A program made the position numbers and the translations under genes. Under the pieces are notes generated by a model. The model was not told the DNA's origin and made no database searches. It saw nothing but the letters and a program-made list of their open reading frames with translations. Below are positions 50,488 to 63,000 of a stretch of DNA of 64,000 nt, one piece after another. The stretch comes from Cetorhinus maximus. Lineage: Eukaryota. How positions within the stretch are numbered: position 1 is the first letter of the stretch; each line of letters opens with the position of its first letter. The stretch lies in assembly GCF_964194155.1 (NCBI RefSeq), contig NC_135882.1:4340001-4404000 (forward strand), given 5' to 3'.

Positions 50488-50660
50488 GAGATACAATAAA
50501 TAGTGTGATACAATGTGTAGCTTAATGATAGCGTGTGTAAGACTGATACAATGTACCTGGTTGGTGAAATGTACCTGAGAATCTGATACAGCGTTTCTGT
50601 TTGAGTGATTCCATTCGATACAATGTATCCGTGTGATACAATATCTGACACAATGTATAT
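50488..50660 (+). repeat. Degenerate tandem repeat built on GATACAATG
   Basis: About 7 copies of gatacaat/gatacag/gacacaat spaced 10-45 bp apart. Confidence 0.7.
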
Positions 50661-52191
50661 GTTTTTGTGTTGAATTCACGTTGCTTGATAGATATCACGG
50701 CCTGTTTTTAAAAAGAATCACCCGGCCTGTGCCAAATGCTGCCTCCGATGAAGAAGGAAAGATGATGTGTATGTGACTCAGAGGGCGGCCCACTCACCCA
50801 CCTGCTGGTGCTTTTTCCAAAGCAGCCACTGCCAGAGGCCTGTTCAGATCATTTGCCTCCCACACAGTCTCTCTCTCTCACCTGGTGTTGCACTTATTTC
50901 CTGTGCTGTGGAGTGGAAGGAGGGAATTCTTTGCAAAATATCGGCCTTTTAATTCTGTTGTTATAAAGTGAATACAAGGGAATTGTTACATCTGTGTTTT
51001 GGCTCTTGTGCACCTGTGACAAAGTGTGTAATAGAGCAAAAAACGCTTTAAAAATTTAAAATTCATTCATCGGCCTAAGACTTACAAGCCCCCTGATCTC
51101 ATCTTTAGATTCACCTCTTTCCTATTAAAAGCTAAATTTCACAGCTGTGCTCCAGACTTAAGACCACCCAATTGTAAAACCACAAGAGACCCTTTAAAGA
51201 ACTTGTGGCTATTATAGCATCTTAACACACTCTGAATCCCAAGGTACTTGGTATTTTGATACATTATTTTGAAGTGCAATAGTCACTGTGGTATTCTGGT
51301 GAGTGCTAAATGCTAATTTGAGTAATAAATTGAATAACATGTATAAATGGTATAATGCATGTTTTGCCTCCCAAAATCACCCTCTAATTTCCAGCCTACA
51401 ATCATCCTTACTTTTCTCACTCCTGTACCTGTTGTTAACTTATTATGCAGGGTAAATGTAATGCACTGGACGTAAATGTTCATTGATTATTTTCCCCTCT
51501 TTTTCACCGTCCATGATGGACATTCCATTGGTGTCATTTTCTCCTCTCAACAAAAGTCACTGCCTTTTGTTGAACGCCCAAATGAGTTCGCTGGTAATCT
51601 TCATGTCTGAACATTTTTTTAATATGTGTTCATGTTGGAATGGGGGCGTCGCTGGCTAGGCCAGCATTTATTGCCCTTGAGAGCTGAGTGGCTTGCTAGG
51701 CCATTTCAGGGGGCAGTTAAGAGTCAACCACATTGCTGTGAGCCTGGAGTCACGTGTGGGCCAGACCGGGTAAGGATGACAGATTTCCTTCCCTAAAGGG
51801 CATTAGTGAACCAGATGGGTTTTTACAGCAATCGACAATGGTTTTTAATGACTTTTAATTCCAGATTTTTTAAATTGAATTCAAATTTCACCATCTGCCA
51901 TGGTAGGAGTCGAACCCAGGAGCAATACCCTGGACCTCTGGATTACTAGTACAGTGGCAATATCACTACACCACCATTTCCTCATGACCTGCGAGTTTTG
52001 ATTATGAAAATCACTGCAGTCTATACATGTGACCAGTTCTGGCTTTCTCTCCACTACTTTCGTCTTTTACCCATTGTGGTTTCAGTAAACGGAGCAAGGG
52101 GGTTGAAATGTCCTTCTGCAGAAGCACACCATGGGCCATTGCCAATCAATAGTCGATTTTATGCCCACTTAATTCCCTTCCCTGTTGACTA

Positions 52192-52657
52192 GTGTCACCC
52201 ATGGCTCAGTGGGTGACACTCTCACTTCTGAATCAGAAGGTTGTAGATTCAAGTTCCGCTCCAGAAACTTCAGCACAAAATCTAGGCTGACACTCCAGTG
52301 TGGTATTGAGGCAGTGCCGCAATGTCAGAGGTACTGTTTTTCAGATGAGGCGTCAAATTGAGGCCCCATCTGCCCTCTCGGGTGGATATAAAAGATTTCA
52401 TGTCATTATTTTGAAGAAGAGCAGGGGCATTTGCACCCACCCCTTAACCCCCACTAGCAGCCTCCTGGTCAATATTTATCCCTCAATAATATCACTAGAA
52501 CAGATTCTCCCACTGTTATAACATTGTTTCTGGGAGCTTGCTGTGTGTAAATGGGCAACATTACCACAGTGTCTACACTTCACACTTAATTGGCTGCAAA
52601 ACATTTTGGGACCTCCTGAGGTCACGAAGGCTCAACATAAAATGCAAGTCTGTCTTT
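52192..52657 (+). mobile_element. Near full-length Deu-domain SINE with tRNA-like head
   Basis: Head tggctcagtgggt...gattcaagttcc, followed by the Deu core and the aaatgcaagtc tail. Confidence 0.82.
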
Positions 52658-52844
52658 CATCAATGGAACAGAAATCTTGTGGGCTGTAAGACAGGCTGCT
52701 GACTCACTGTTTTCCCTTTTGCAGCCAGGACCCATTTCACCCCCCCCCAGATCTTCCATAAAACAAAACCTGTGGCCTCCTGCATGCCTTGTATGGACAG
52801 TGTGCCACATTTTAACAATAAACTCTTAGGTGTGGCATGTAGCT

Positions 52845-53960
52845 CATAGGAACAGGAGTAGGCCATTCAGCCCCTTGAGCCTGTTCTGCCATTCCAGTAG
52901 ATCATAGCTGATCTGTTTCTTCACTCCACCTGCCTGCTTTGGCGCTATCTTTTATACTGTTATCTAGCAAACATCTATCAACTTTGGTTTTGAAATGTTC
53001 AGTTAAAGCCCCAGCCTCAAAAGATTTTTCGGGGAGAGAGTTCCAGATTTCCACTTCCCTTTGTGTGAAGAAGTGCTCCTGACATCACCCCTGAATGGCC
53101 TGGCTCTAATCTTAAGATTCTGCCCCCTCATTCTGGACTCCACCCACCAAAGGAAATAGTTTCTCTCTATCTACCCTGTCGAATCCTTTAATCATCTTAA
53201 ACACCTCAATTAGATCACCCCTTAATATGTATTCAGCTGAACACCAGGCTGGTTTATGTAACCGGTCCTTATAATTTAACTCTTTTCACCCTGGTATCAT
53301 CCTGACAAACCTGCATTGCATTCCCCCCTCCAAGGCCAACTGCGGTGCAGTGCTCAGAACTGAACACACTGCTTCAAATGAGGTTGAATTAGAACTTTAT
53401 GTTACTGAAGCATAACCTCTACCTCTCTGTATTTCAGCTATTTTGAGATAAAGCCAGCATTCATTAGCCTTTTTTTTTTAAACCTCTCCCTTAGCTTCCA
53501 GTGATTTCTGTACTTGGATCCCTAAATCTCTTTGCTCTGTCACAGTTCCTGCTTCTCAGCATTTAGAAAATACTCTGATCCAACTTTTTTTTAGTCCTAG
53601 GTGGATAAACTCATTCTGTCACAGTTTGCTGACTGACTTAATCTATCAATGGCCTTTTCTGTTCCCATTTACGCTATCTGCTGTGTCACCTAACTTAGTG
53701 TCATCAGCAAACTTAGATATACAACTCTCTCTTCCTTCATCCATGTAATTTATAACCGCAGTGAAAAGCTGCAGCCCCAGTACAGATCCCTGAGGGACAC
53801 CTGCCAATTTGAGTACATAACTATTAACCTTATTCTCTAATTCCCTATCCAAGCCAATAGGTTGCCTCCAATTCTATGTATCGTTGTCAACAATTTTTAT
53901 ATGAATTCTTGAATGCTTTCTGGAAGTACGTGTAAACAGCATCCATAGACATACTCCCTT
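52845..53960 (-). mobile_element. CR1 LINE fragment
   Basis: GVPQGSVLGLQLF...ISKFADDTKLG are RT motifs. Confidence 0.88.
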
Positions 53961-54454
53961 ATCATTGAAGATCATATGGAGTAATGTCCACATGTTCTTT
54001 TTATCTCTTAAAATAGAAAACATATTCTGACTGACCAATGTGTACAGGTTAATACTGTTAGCCAGATTTATTTACAGATTAGTTAGTATAAGGAAGCCAC
54101 ATGCTGCAGAAAAATACTGAATTGAAGAATGTTTATAGCAATTACTTTGGAATCATTCTATAATATGTTTAAATACACTGTCAGGATGTGGTCATGTGGG
54201 GTTGTTAAGTTTATTTCAAATGGTTTACTCCAGCTGCATGATGTATATTCAACTTCCATCTGTTTCACTGACACTAGATGATGACCCAGCAATGGGAGAA
54301 AGCAAGCTCCCACAATAACACTCTCTCTTGTATTGCCTTCGTTAATTCTTCAAGAGGATATTCCAGAAGATCGGGAAATGAAAGCAGTTGGTTATTACCG
54401 CACCAAATTGAGTGCTCACTCAGCCATAAAGTTATGTATGGCCCTTAGCAAGAC

Positions 54455-54680
54455 TCCCCATCTCACCCCCACTTCCCCATGTGGAGATCCACATGAACCC
54501 CTCATGGTACAACCCTTGATGTGACCCCCTTCTCGCACAGCCCTTGGTGTGAACCACCCCTTGGATGACACTCTGCATACCCATCCCATGTGACCATTGG
54601 TGTAACCATTGTAGCAGCAACCTGTAATCCCTTGTATAGTCCTCGGTGTGAACCCCCACCTCCACCCTCAATAACCCCTG
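54455..54680 (+). repeat. Degenerate C-rich tandem repeat (about 20-30 bp, TGTGAACCCCC-like)
   Basis: Recurrent cccttg...tgtga(a/c)cccc motifs. Confidence 0.55.
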
Positions 54681-56518
54681 TCAATATAGCGTTCTGCTTG
54701 AAATGATAAAGCTCAATTTCTTTGATTAAAAAGCTCTGTGAAAGCACAGCTGTTCTGCTAGGACTTGCATCTGATGACCTTTTCTCGTCCTCGTTCTAGT
54801 ATCACCGCTGGGATCAGCTCAGTCTGTATTGGTATCTTTCTTGTTCTGAGTTGGCTGAATGCACAGTGAACACTTTATTATGGTGCCAGCTTTGTTGTCA
54901 TCTGCCAGAGAAACAGGGAGAAGCCAGTAAGTTGCGATGGATAATTAACACCCAACAGCAGAAACAGGTATGTAAACACGAATCTCATGCCATTGACATG
55001 TTTTTAAATGTGCACAATGCATAATTCACAGAAGTTTAAACACAGTCTGTAGTTAAGATAGATTTAACGCCAAATCTGCAGGTAGTGGAACACACACAAT
55101 GCACAGTTCATGGGTATGAAACACAAAATTACAGTTGCCTCTTGGTTTTTGAACCAATTTAAGGTCATAAACATGTAACATTTAAGGGCATGCAACACAC
55201 CAGGATTAGACATGTTTTATACGTCACAAGCTTACTCATGCTTTGAAAAAATATGCAAAAAGCCAAAGCTCCTTCTCTTGAATGACTGCAGTCATCCTGA
55301 TGTTGGCATTGTTCAGAACCCTGAGGTACCTTTGGGAGTGATATTTCCTGTATCTTCTGGTCAGTACCTGCAAGATCCTCTTGAACAAGTGCAAAACTGC
55401 ACCTGGGACCATGCACCATTATATCTGTCCAAAATGCACAGGTCCTTAGGTCCTTCTGTACCGTACTGGAGTGGCAGCCTAGATACTGCACTCCAGTCAT
55501 GGTGTGTTATTAAGTGCTCACAAATGCACTCAGTGCTTATTGAACACTGCTCAAAATGTGCACCAAATCCCCAGCAACATAATGCCATTTACAAAAAAAG
55601 GAGCAATGCTACTCTCTCAGAAATACCCTGAGCAGAAACTGAAAACTGCCCTTAATGAAGACTCCAAATAAGCTGGGTGACAGTGTGCCTCACTTTTTAT
55701 TTTCAAGTGATTCTCCCAGCTGCCCTTCCACTGACCTTGGAGTAGGAGTAGACATCCAAGATTCTGCTGTAGACTCCCATGATTTCCAGGTACTACAAGA
55801 GGGCAAGAATGAACCAAAAATGAAAGCAATGTGAATGCTTTTCTAACAGTACACATGTAGCTGGCTTTCCCATGTACCCTTACCATTATATCATTGTGGA
55901 CAAGGAATTCTGTTTTGGCCAATCTTAATTCATGTGTTGAGAGAGATTCTAAAGTCTCTTTGCTGCAGCCTGTTAAATGTTTCCAGTGTTCTCGTCTGTC
56001 TATTCCATGCATCTCCTTCAATCACTGAATGATCGGTGCGTGGAATTGACCTACGGATAAAGCAGCTGAGGTAAAAGACCTGCACACGTTTAAGAGTTGG
56101 CAACGGGACTTGAGTGTCTTTTTACAATGACGAATTAAGACGGGCAGAATGGCTTTCCATAGCCAGAGCAGCTTGGGATGTTTTTCCACAGGTTAGAGAT
56201 CAAATGAATCTGTGTCTTTTTAAATGTGAAATAGTTCCTGTGCTGCTGCTAAAATAACCAGCTCAGTGTTGGTATATTGTTGATCCATCTGTCATCCTCT
56301 GTTTGTTGTTAACTGTACACAGAATGTTACCTGGTCACTGTAAGTATAAAAAGAAAGAACTTGCATTCCTATAGCGCCTTTCACAACCTCAGGATGCCCC
56401 ACAGAGCTTTACTGCCAATGAAGTACTTCTGGACTGTAGTCACTACTGTAATGTAGGAAACACAACTGCCAATTTGAGCACAGCAAGCTCCCACAAACAG
56501 CAAATTGTTAATGACCAG

Positions 56519-57141
56519 GGCCAGAAATTTCCCTCTGTCAGGGAGGTTGTGCGCGGGCTGGGGTGGGGACGGGCGCAATCCTGATCAGATCTGCGCTGCC
56601 GTTTTACGTGAGCGGGCCATTAAGGCCCGCCCAGCGTGACGCTCGTCCGGAAGCGCTGTGCGCTCCCTGTGCGGGCAGGGGGGGGTGGGGGGTGGATTCC
56701 CTGAGTGGGTTCCCTACGCATGTGCGCGAAAGAGTGCAGAGATCTCCCTGAGGCAGGGAGGTGCCTCAGGGACACTTGTTTCAGTGTTACACTTTTAAAT
56801 AAAGGATTTTTAAACTTTTGAAACACATCCCCTCACGTGGCCCGTGGATAAGGTTCCATGAAAAATGCGAAGGCCGCCTGGGCTCTTTGCCTGCCCGTCA
56901 GCCTTAAGGTTGGACGAGCCGCTCATTTAATTGTTTTAATTAGTTTTTAACAGGCCTTTGACAGATCGTGTGGCCAACCCGGCTGCGCGCCCGCCAAACT
57001 GACAATCTAAAAGACGTGCAGTGATGTCGGGACGCACGTCCAACGTCACTGTGCGTCATTTTGCACGTTGGCGAGTGGGGTCTCCCCCCCCCCCCCCCCC
57101 CCCCCCCGCCACCCCTACTCACCAACAGGAAAATGCTGCCC
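56519..57141. mobile_element. Non-autonomous DNA transposon (MITE, probably PIF/Harbinger) inserted in a Deu SINE
   Basis: Imperfect TIRs GGCCAGAAATTT and AAAATGCTGCCC, with a 3-bp TSD CAG at 56516-56518 and 57142-57144. The SINE sequence rejoins across the insertion. Internally CpG-rich. Confidence 0.75.
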
Positions 57142-57789
57142 CAGATCATTTGATTAAGTGATATTGGTTGAGGGCTAAATATCGGCCAGGGCACTGGGGA
57201 GAACTCCCCTATTCTCCTTCAAAATAGTGACGTGGGATCTTTTTCATGTAGCTGAGAAGGGTATAAAGGACCTTAGGTTAATGTCTCATCAAGAAGACAG
57301 CACCTCCGACAGTGCAGCACTCCCTCATTAGAGAACTGGTGTGTCAGCTTCGGTCTTGTGCTCCAGGCACAGTGTGTTGTTAAGTAGCCAGAAATGTCCT
57401 CTCTGCTTATTGCATCGTGAGTGAGATGCAGAAGCCCAGAGCAAATATTATTAGAAAATTTAAATTTTATAATGTCAATCAGCAGCAAGCTGGAGACCTG
57501 CTCTACAATCACCCCTTGGTACTGAAAGCCAGGACAGAAGGCTATAGCTGTCCCAGATATCAGGCCAGAACCTGGTGATTCTTAAGCTTCAGTGTTTGTT
57601 TTTAGCTAAAGCCACTGAAGCACCTTACGCTTTATGTCAAAATAGTAGTAACAGTGCATCTCTGATCATTTGGCTGTCTCATCGCAGTACCACACCCTGT
57701 GGAATTACCCTCTGCCACTTTGTAGGGTCATAAGTGTTCATTTCACATTGTGCAAAACCTCTTCAACTTTAAACCAGGAAAGTAAAAGG

Positions 57790-58200
57790 AGGTCGGGGGT
57801 GCTGTGAAGGAGATGGAAGATGAGGGCGTAACGGTGGGGGATGTGCAGGAGGCGGGAGATGGAGGGCGTTGATGCACATGAGGTAGAAGATGGAAGACAG
57901 GGGGGCACATACAGGAGGCAGAAGATGCTGGGGGTGGGTGGGGTAATGTACAGGAGATGGGAGACAGCGGGGGGGTGCTGTACAGGAGAGAGAAGATGGG
58001 GGCAATGTACAGGAGACTGGAGAAGGGGGGTGTTGATATACATGAGGCAGGAGATGGAAGACGGAGGGGGGGACGTAAAGGTGGTGGGAGACAAGGGGGA
58101 ATGTACAGGAGGTGGGAGATGGGGAGGGATGTACAGGAGGCGGGCGACTTGGTGGGGAGGGGGGGTGGTGGGAGGGGCGGCATGTATATAAATGAGGGTG
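57790..58200 (+). repeat. Purine-rich degenerate minisatellite (ATGTACAGGAGRYGGGAGATGG...G-run)
   Basis: About 10 recurrent tacaggag/ggagatgg units. These produce the Pro-rich and Gly-rich spurious ORFs in this interval. Confidence 0.8.
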
Positions 58201-59789
58201 TAAAGGAGGACCCAGGAAACCATAAATGCTGCTATGTCACTGAGTGTAGATGATTGTTGAGGCCTGTGTTGAGCTTCCAGAGGTTGACATCTGTTCTGCT
58301 GTCAGTGCAGAAAGGATTCAGAGTGAGGACGAGGATGATGGAGGCAGTATGTGTGGACTTGACTTCCACTCATGCCAGGCCGTGCCAATGGTGAACAAAC
58401 TGTCTAGATTTTTTGCAATATTAAATGATGTTGATGTCCAAACACGCCTCGATGCCTTACAGATTATGCAATGAATATTAGAACAAGAATTGACAACTGC
58501 CTGAAGACATGAAAAACAATGTTTTTTTTATACATGACTGCTTAGCTGATTGTACTGTAGTGTTCCAAGTATTTTTTTTAAGTAATGAAGCAGTTTAACC
58601 AGTCAAATGCTTTATGTAGGGTACAGTATTTCTCTGTTTAAATCAGTTTTGACCTTTGTTATTCATTGTCTAGACCAGTTGGTATATATGTGCTCTTACT
58701 TTATGATACACTGGATGCTATTTTGAAGATTTAATGGCCCGTAATTTCCGATCTCCGGAGGGTTGTACCTGGGAGGTACCCCTGGGGACCCCCCCCCCCC
58801 CCCAAGTCCCCTTGCAAGGGAATTGCCCAGGAAGTTGAAACTTCCAATGGACAATTACCCTGCACCAGGAATCATCTGATGCCCCGATTTAAATCGCAGA
58901 TTTTGGATGGTTCCAACTGTCTTACCAGAATAGTTACCCAGGAAAAGTTAAAAGAATTAAAACCACTTCTAACCTCTGGGTAACTATAGTACTGACCATC
59001 CCCTGCTCCATGCACCCCTGACTTCTAACCATCCCCTATATCCCTTGATTCCCCGAGAAACCAAAAATCTGTCTATCACAGCCTTAAATGTATTCAATGA
59101 TGGGGCATCCGCAACCCTCCAGGATAGAGAATTCCAAAGATTCACAACCTTTTGACTGGAGAAATTTCTCCCCATCTCAGTCCTACATGATTGACCCCTT
59201 ATCCTGAGACTGTGCCCCCTCGTTTCGGATTTGTGCCCAAACACAGATGAAACTCTTCCCTTTTGAGTTTCATAAGATTTTCTGTATTATTTTATCTCGT
59301 TCTCCAAACATATTTTTTCCTAATAAATTGTAAGGAGTTCTTGAGTGGAAAATTGTACATTTTTGGCAAATAACTTTTTCAAGAAACTGTAGATTATTGA
59401 GCATTTCAGGTGTGTTGGATGGTTCCCAAGCCCTGAGTTTAATCACTGCAACATTGGCGGCCGTGCCTTCAGTTTCCTGGGCCCCAAGTTCTGAAATTCC
59501 CTTCCTGAACCTCTCCACCTCGCTACCTCCCTCCCTCTCTGCCCTTCTTTAAACCTACCTCTTTGACCAAGCTTTTGATCACCTGTCCTAATATCTCCTT
59601 ACGATTCCACTTATCACCTTATGGGTGCGGTATAGCCACAAGTGAGCGTGTTTGGATGGTGGGCAGAATAGTTTGGTGTTTGAAAGGCTCACTGGCAAGA
59701 CTCTGTGCACATCCCACTAGTTATAGTGAATCATTGTGCTTAACAAAAGTCATTATCGTCTATTTTGGATGAAAATATTTTTTAAAAAA

Positions 59790-60700
59790 TGGAAGTCAGT
59801 CAGGCACAAAAAATTATCAAGAAGCCTGATGGAATGTTAGCCTTGAAAAGTGGAGCACTAGAACATCAAAGGAAGGAAGTGTTACAGCTATACTAAGCCC
59901 TGAAGTACTGTGTACAGTTCTGAGCACCAAACCTTAATAAGGATAAATTAACTTTGGAAGGAGTGCAATGCAGATCCACCAGAATGTTACCAGAGCTCCA
60001 AGGGCTTGATTTTGGGGAGAGTTTACATAAACCAGGTCAGTATTCCCTGGAATATAACAGGTTAAGGGGTGACTTGATTAAGCTTCTTAGACCTTTGAAA
60101 GTAATTGTTGAGGTAGATAGGGAGGAACATTTGTCATTGTTGGGGGATGGGGGGAGTCTAAAACAATGGTTCAGAACCTCCAGGCTCAGTACTGGGGAGA
60201 AGATTAGATACAGTTGGGAGAATAGTAGTGATCAGATAGCTTTTAAAGAACCTTCAACATGTCCAGTTTAATGTTTAATCCAAGCGGTTGAAAGTGGACG
60301 GACCCAAAAGTTGGGATTTTATTACAGTTTAATTCCTGGCAGTAGAAATACTTGATTTAATGTATTGGGGTCAGGAGGGCTGCAGAAAATGCAGTGTAAA
60401 ATACACTGGAGAGTGTATTTAAAAAAAAAATCTCCAAACTCAAATTCCAAAATTCAGGGCAGAATTTGGAACACTTCTTCGTTCAAAGGGTGGTAGAAGT
60501 GTGGAACTCTCTCTCTCCCACAAAAAAAAACAGTAACTGCTAACTTAATAAATCATTTTAAATTTGGGATCAATAGATTTTTGCTGGACAAGGATTATGG
60601 AGCCAAGGCAGGTGGATGGAGTTAAGATACAGATTTGCCATGATGTAACTGAATGAAAGAACAGGTTTGAAGGGCTGAATGGCCTCCTTTTGTTCCTACG
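59790..60700 (+). mobile_element. CR1 3' fragment interrupted by the 233-bp duplicated segment
   Basis: ORF LEGVQCRSTRMLPELQGL...YSLEYNRLRGDLI. The CR1 tail resumes at about 60450-60700. Confidence 0.8.
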
Positions 60701-62194
60701 TGCTCACATCAGTAGAAACCAAGCTGGAGTCTCACATTATGTGAAGTGCAGTTAATCTGTGCAGAATATTTTTTGGCATCAGTTAGGTTTGCAGCTGAGA
60801 GCAGCCAATTAAGGCACATTCACTTACAATTGGGAATTAGTCATCATGGAAACAAAATTGCCTTTCAATGCTTCATTTATTTTGTGAGTCAATGCATTAT
60901 AAAATGGTGAACCATAAGTAAGGAGGCAATCAGACTGCAGTGTAACAGTGCTATGAAGAAATTCTTACTTCACTGTGACTCTGAAGTTACATTATAACTC
61001 TGAATGCTGGTCCCACCCAATTCCAATCCCACTGGCGTTAGACTCCTTGAGGAACTAGTGTGATTTTTGAGGTCAAATCCAAGATAAAATGTGCGTAAGG
61101 ACCCTCAGAGAGCAGGATCCTGGATAGGGGCTTTGTAGTTCTAAGTCTGGAAGTAAAAACAAGATATTGGCTGGTTGGAAATACCCTTGAAACTTCTGTA
61201 GGGCAAGAAATGATGGGAATTTATACTGATGAGTTCTGACCCAATAATGCTTCAGTAATATAACCCAGGATTCATCTCTGATGAGCAACTCCCAACTCTC
61301 AGCATCTCTGCTGCTCTTGGACCAGGGATGGTTACTTTGGAGGTGGAGGGGAGACTTGGCTTGGGCTTGGCCAAGGGATGGAAAGCCATACCGTCGATGG
61401 GTGGAAAGAGAGAACCTCTTGGGGGAGAAGATCCCGTTAGCGCAAATTGGCAGAGACAGTAGGAGACACAACCTGTTGTGCTGTGAGAAGAGGACAGTTA
61501 GGGAGAAACCGAGTAGGAGCGAGGAACTATCCAGGACTCTTTCCAAAGAGCTGTCACTAAGGCTTAGTGTGATCGTGTCATAAAACATTGACTCATGCAC
61601 AGTATTACAGGAAATCTCTATGAGCGTGTGTGAGAGAGAGAGAGAGACAGACAGAGAGTGCATCCATAAACATATGTTCTGAATGTAGATAGAGAAACGA
61701 TATTTGACACAAATAGCATTCATGACTAAAGCTTTTGCTGTACTTGAGAAAACCATCTTGCATTGTTTTATTCATATTGCGCACGAGGCTGCTTTGCAAC
61801 TGATTTCCACATTAACATCTGCTGGGTGGGCTGTGAAAATGTTGACCTTGTGTTTATTTCTGTCCTTGTTCCTAGCTCTTGGGGAGTTACAAGGAGCACT
61901 GCACGTAACCAACCTTTGGGCTGCTGGCAAATTGCAGGAAGCAGCTGTAGAAGCGACAGAGCAGGCTCAGTACCGGGGAGAAGATTAGATACAGCTGGGA
62001 GAATAGTAGCCATCAGATACCTGTTAAAGAACCTTCGACATGTCCAATTTAATGTTTAATCCAAGTGGTTGAAGCTGGACAGACCCAAAAGTTGGGATTT
62101 TATTACAGTTTAATTCTTGGCAGTAGAAATATCTGATTTAATGTATTGGTGTTAGGAGGGCTGCAGAAAATGCAGTGTAAAATACACTGGAGAG
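60181..62194. repeat. Dispersed direct duplication (60181-60413 and 61962-62194)
   Basis: 233 bp in both copies, from caggctcagtac to atacactggagag, roughly 90% identical by eye. Confidence 0.92.
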
Positions 62195-62489
62195 CGTGCA
62201 AGAATACCTGGGGAGAGTGGCTGTAGCAAAATATACTGGAACGTGGCCTGTGAAAGGGGCAAGGCAAGGTTATCCACTGTCATTTGGAAGCGCTGTAGAA
62301 ATGTGAGTTATGATCTTTATGCCGATTTGTGTGCTAACTGCTTTCAAAATGTTATTTTCCACCCATTTACAGGACTGCATGGTACTTTACATACAATGCC
62401 AACTTGCATTTATATAGCACCTTTACCATAGTGCACCATTATACATGTACTCTTCTTGGTTGTACAGTAGTGCAATGGTTAAATGGTTG

Positions 62490-63000
62490 TATGAAAAGGT
62501 AGAGAGTTAAGATACAGATCAGCCATGATTTCATTGATGGCGGGACAGGCTTGAGGGGCTGAATGGCCAAATGTTCCCATTTCCCTGCTCTGTTGCACCC
62601 ACTGTGTGTTACCTTCTGAGGGGGCATGTAGAAACAACTCAATAGAGGCCTTTAAAATTATGAAAGGTTTTGATAGAGTAGACACAGAGAGAAAAATCAT
62701 TCCCACTTGTGGGGAGGAGCAAAACAAGAGACCATCCCATACAGGAGATATAATAAATAACAAGGAGTGAATTCAGAAAAAAGGCTTACTTATCCAAAGT
62801 GGTGAGAATGTAGAGCTCACTACCACAGGGAGTAATAGTGGTGAATAATATAGATGCATTTAAGGGGAAGTTGGATAAACCTAAAAGGGAGAAGGGAATA
62901 GAGGGTTACGCTGATAGGATTAGATGAGGAAAGATGGGAGGAGACTTGAGTGGAGCATAAAAGCCAGTATGGACTGAACGGCCTGTTTCCATGCAACTCG
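62490..63000 (+). mobile_element. Two adjacent CR1 3' ends
   Basis: cagatcagccatgat...gaggggctgaatggcc, then tttaaaattatgaaaggttttgatagagtagac...gcatttaaggggaagttggataa. Confidence 0.75.

Noticed and set aside
52195-52265. tRNA-like sequence with A and B boxes (also at 13497-13580 and 8650-8725)
   Set aside because: These are SINE heads continuing into SINE bodies and do not form a complete cloverleaf.
55165-56021. Cluster of 75-139 aa ORFs as a possible transposase or gene remnant
   Set aside because: I recognised no catalytic motifs and no consistent splice structure; this cannot be supported without a homology search.
56519-57141. CpG-rich patch as a possible third promoter
   Set aside because: It is bounded by TIRs and a TSD inside a SINE, so a transposon insertion explains it.
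57738-58253. Overlapping Pro-rich and Gly-rich ORFs on both strands
   Set aside because: Low-complexity purine-rich tandem repeat.
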